From assembly GCA_965207445.1 (NCBI GenBank), contig CBDBLX010000002.1, positions 32,001-96,000 of the forward strand: 64,000 nt of DNA. Reading direction: 5' to 3'. The notes under the pieces were generated by a model. The model saw only the letters and a list, made by a program, of their open reading frames with translations. It searched no databases and was not told where the DNA came from. This document shows, one piece after another, positions 63,293 through 64,000 of this stretch. The stretch comes from Nitrosopumilus sp. (GTDB taxonomy: Archaea; Thermoproteota; Nitrososphaeria; Nitrososphaerales; Nitrosopumilaceae). A program made the position numbers and the translations under genes. The stretch's first letter is position 1, and every line of letters starts with the position of its first letter.

Positions 63293-63859
63293 CAACACAT
63301 CCCTATGAAATCCGAGAAGCGGACATTACATACATCCCGGCAGAAAAATCATGGGCCTATTGTTATATAATGATTGACGTCTTTACGCGGGTCTGGGTGA
63401 GATACACCCTGAGCACTACTACCAATGCAACTGCCGCTGTAAAGACGCTACTTGATGCACTACATAGGCATCCCAAAGCAGATCTTACCAAGCTCACGAT
63501 ACGTACTGAGCATGGTAGTCAGTATACGAGCAAAGAATTCAATTTAACCATTAGTGCGCTGGATCTAAAACATGAATACATAAGGTACAAGACACCACAG
63601 CATAACGGACATTGTGAATCATTTCATGGAAAACTTAAATTCGAATATGTATGGCCAGCATATCCGGAATCCTTTCAAGAAGCAGAGAAGATCATACTGA
63701 GAGCATTAGTTGATTATAACAAACGACGTCTCCACTCTGTAATCGGATACATGCCGCCAGCAAAATTTGCATCCAAATGGGAAGAGGCAGAAAACTCATG
63801 ACTGGCGATCTCTCGATTTTTTCTCAAAAAACGCTCTCAATTCATAGGGGTCCAGCTCA
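63293..63859 (+). mobile_element. IS3-family remnant: integrase core plus right IR
   Basis: ADITYI, TEHGSQY (second catalytic D appears as E), NGHCESFH, YNKRRLHSVIGY; ends GGGGTCCAGCTCA. Confidence 0.8.
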
Positions 63860-64000
63860 CGATCTTGATAATGAACAACGACATTTTTGAATTTTGTTTA
63901 TTCTTCTTTTTCTTGTGTTTGTTGCTTGTACCCTATATCTTTGATCTGACTCTTTCCAGATGGCAACACTCTAACAAAGTCATCAAGATGGATTATCTTT

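Overview
64-kb window of an archaeal chromosome. The gene set and order (cobalamin cbiD-cbiG-cbiX-cbiC/cobB/cobO, bacterial-type metK, LSm, eIF2 alpha/gamma, rpS6e, priS/priL, UPF0182, glyS) point to a Nitrosopumilaceae-like thaumarchaeon. Low-complexity insertions in core proteins and abundant IS debris suggest a host-associated lineage (inference). The centre holds a complete type I-G (I-U) CRISPR-Cas locus: csb1-csb2-cas3-csb3 on +, an array of about 122 repeats plus one degenerate repeat transcribed on -, and cas4/cas1-cas2 on -. One repeat is split by a 2.15-kb IS66-family element with a 9-bp target duplication. The same IS66-type ends recur as 81-bp MITEs: one nested in another, one beside the cas promoter, and one closing a 3.4-kb composite transposon (9-bp TSD) that carries a secreted-protein/membrane-protein pair. 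At least three other MITE families are present, one of which brackets a DUF3800-like fragment with a candidate ncRNA. The right end has a decayed type I R-M locus with an embedded HEPN/MNT pair. All calls come from motif recognition by eye, and counts are manual.
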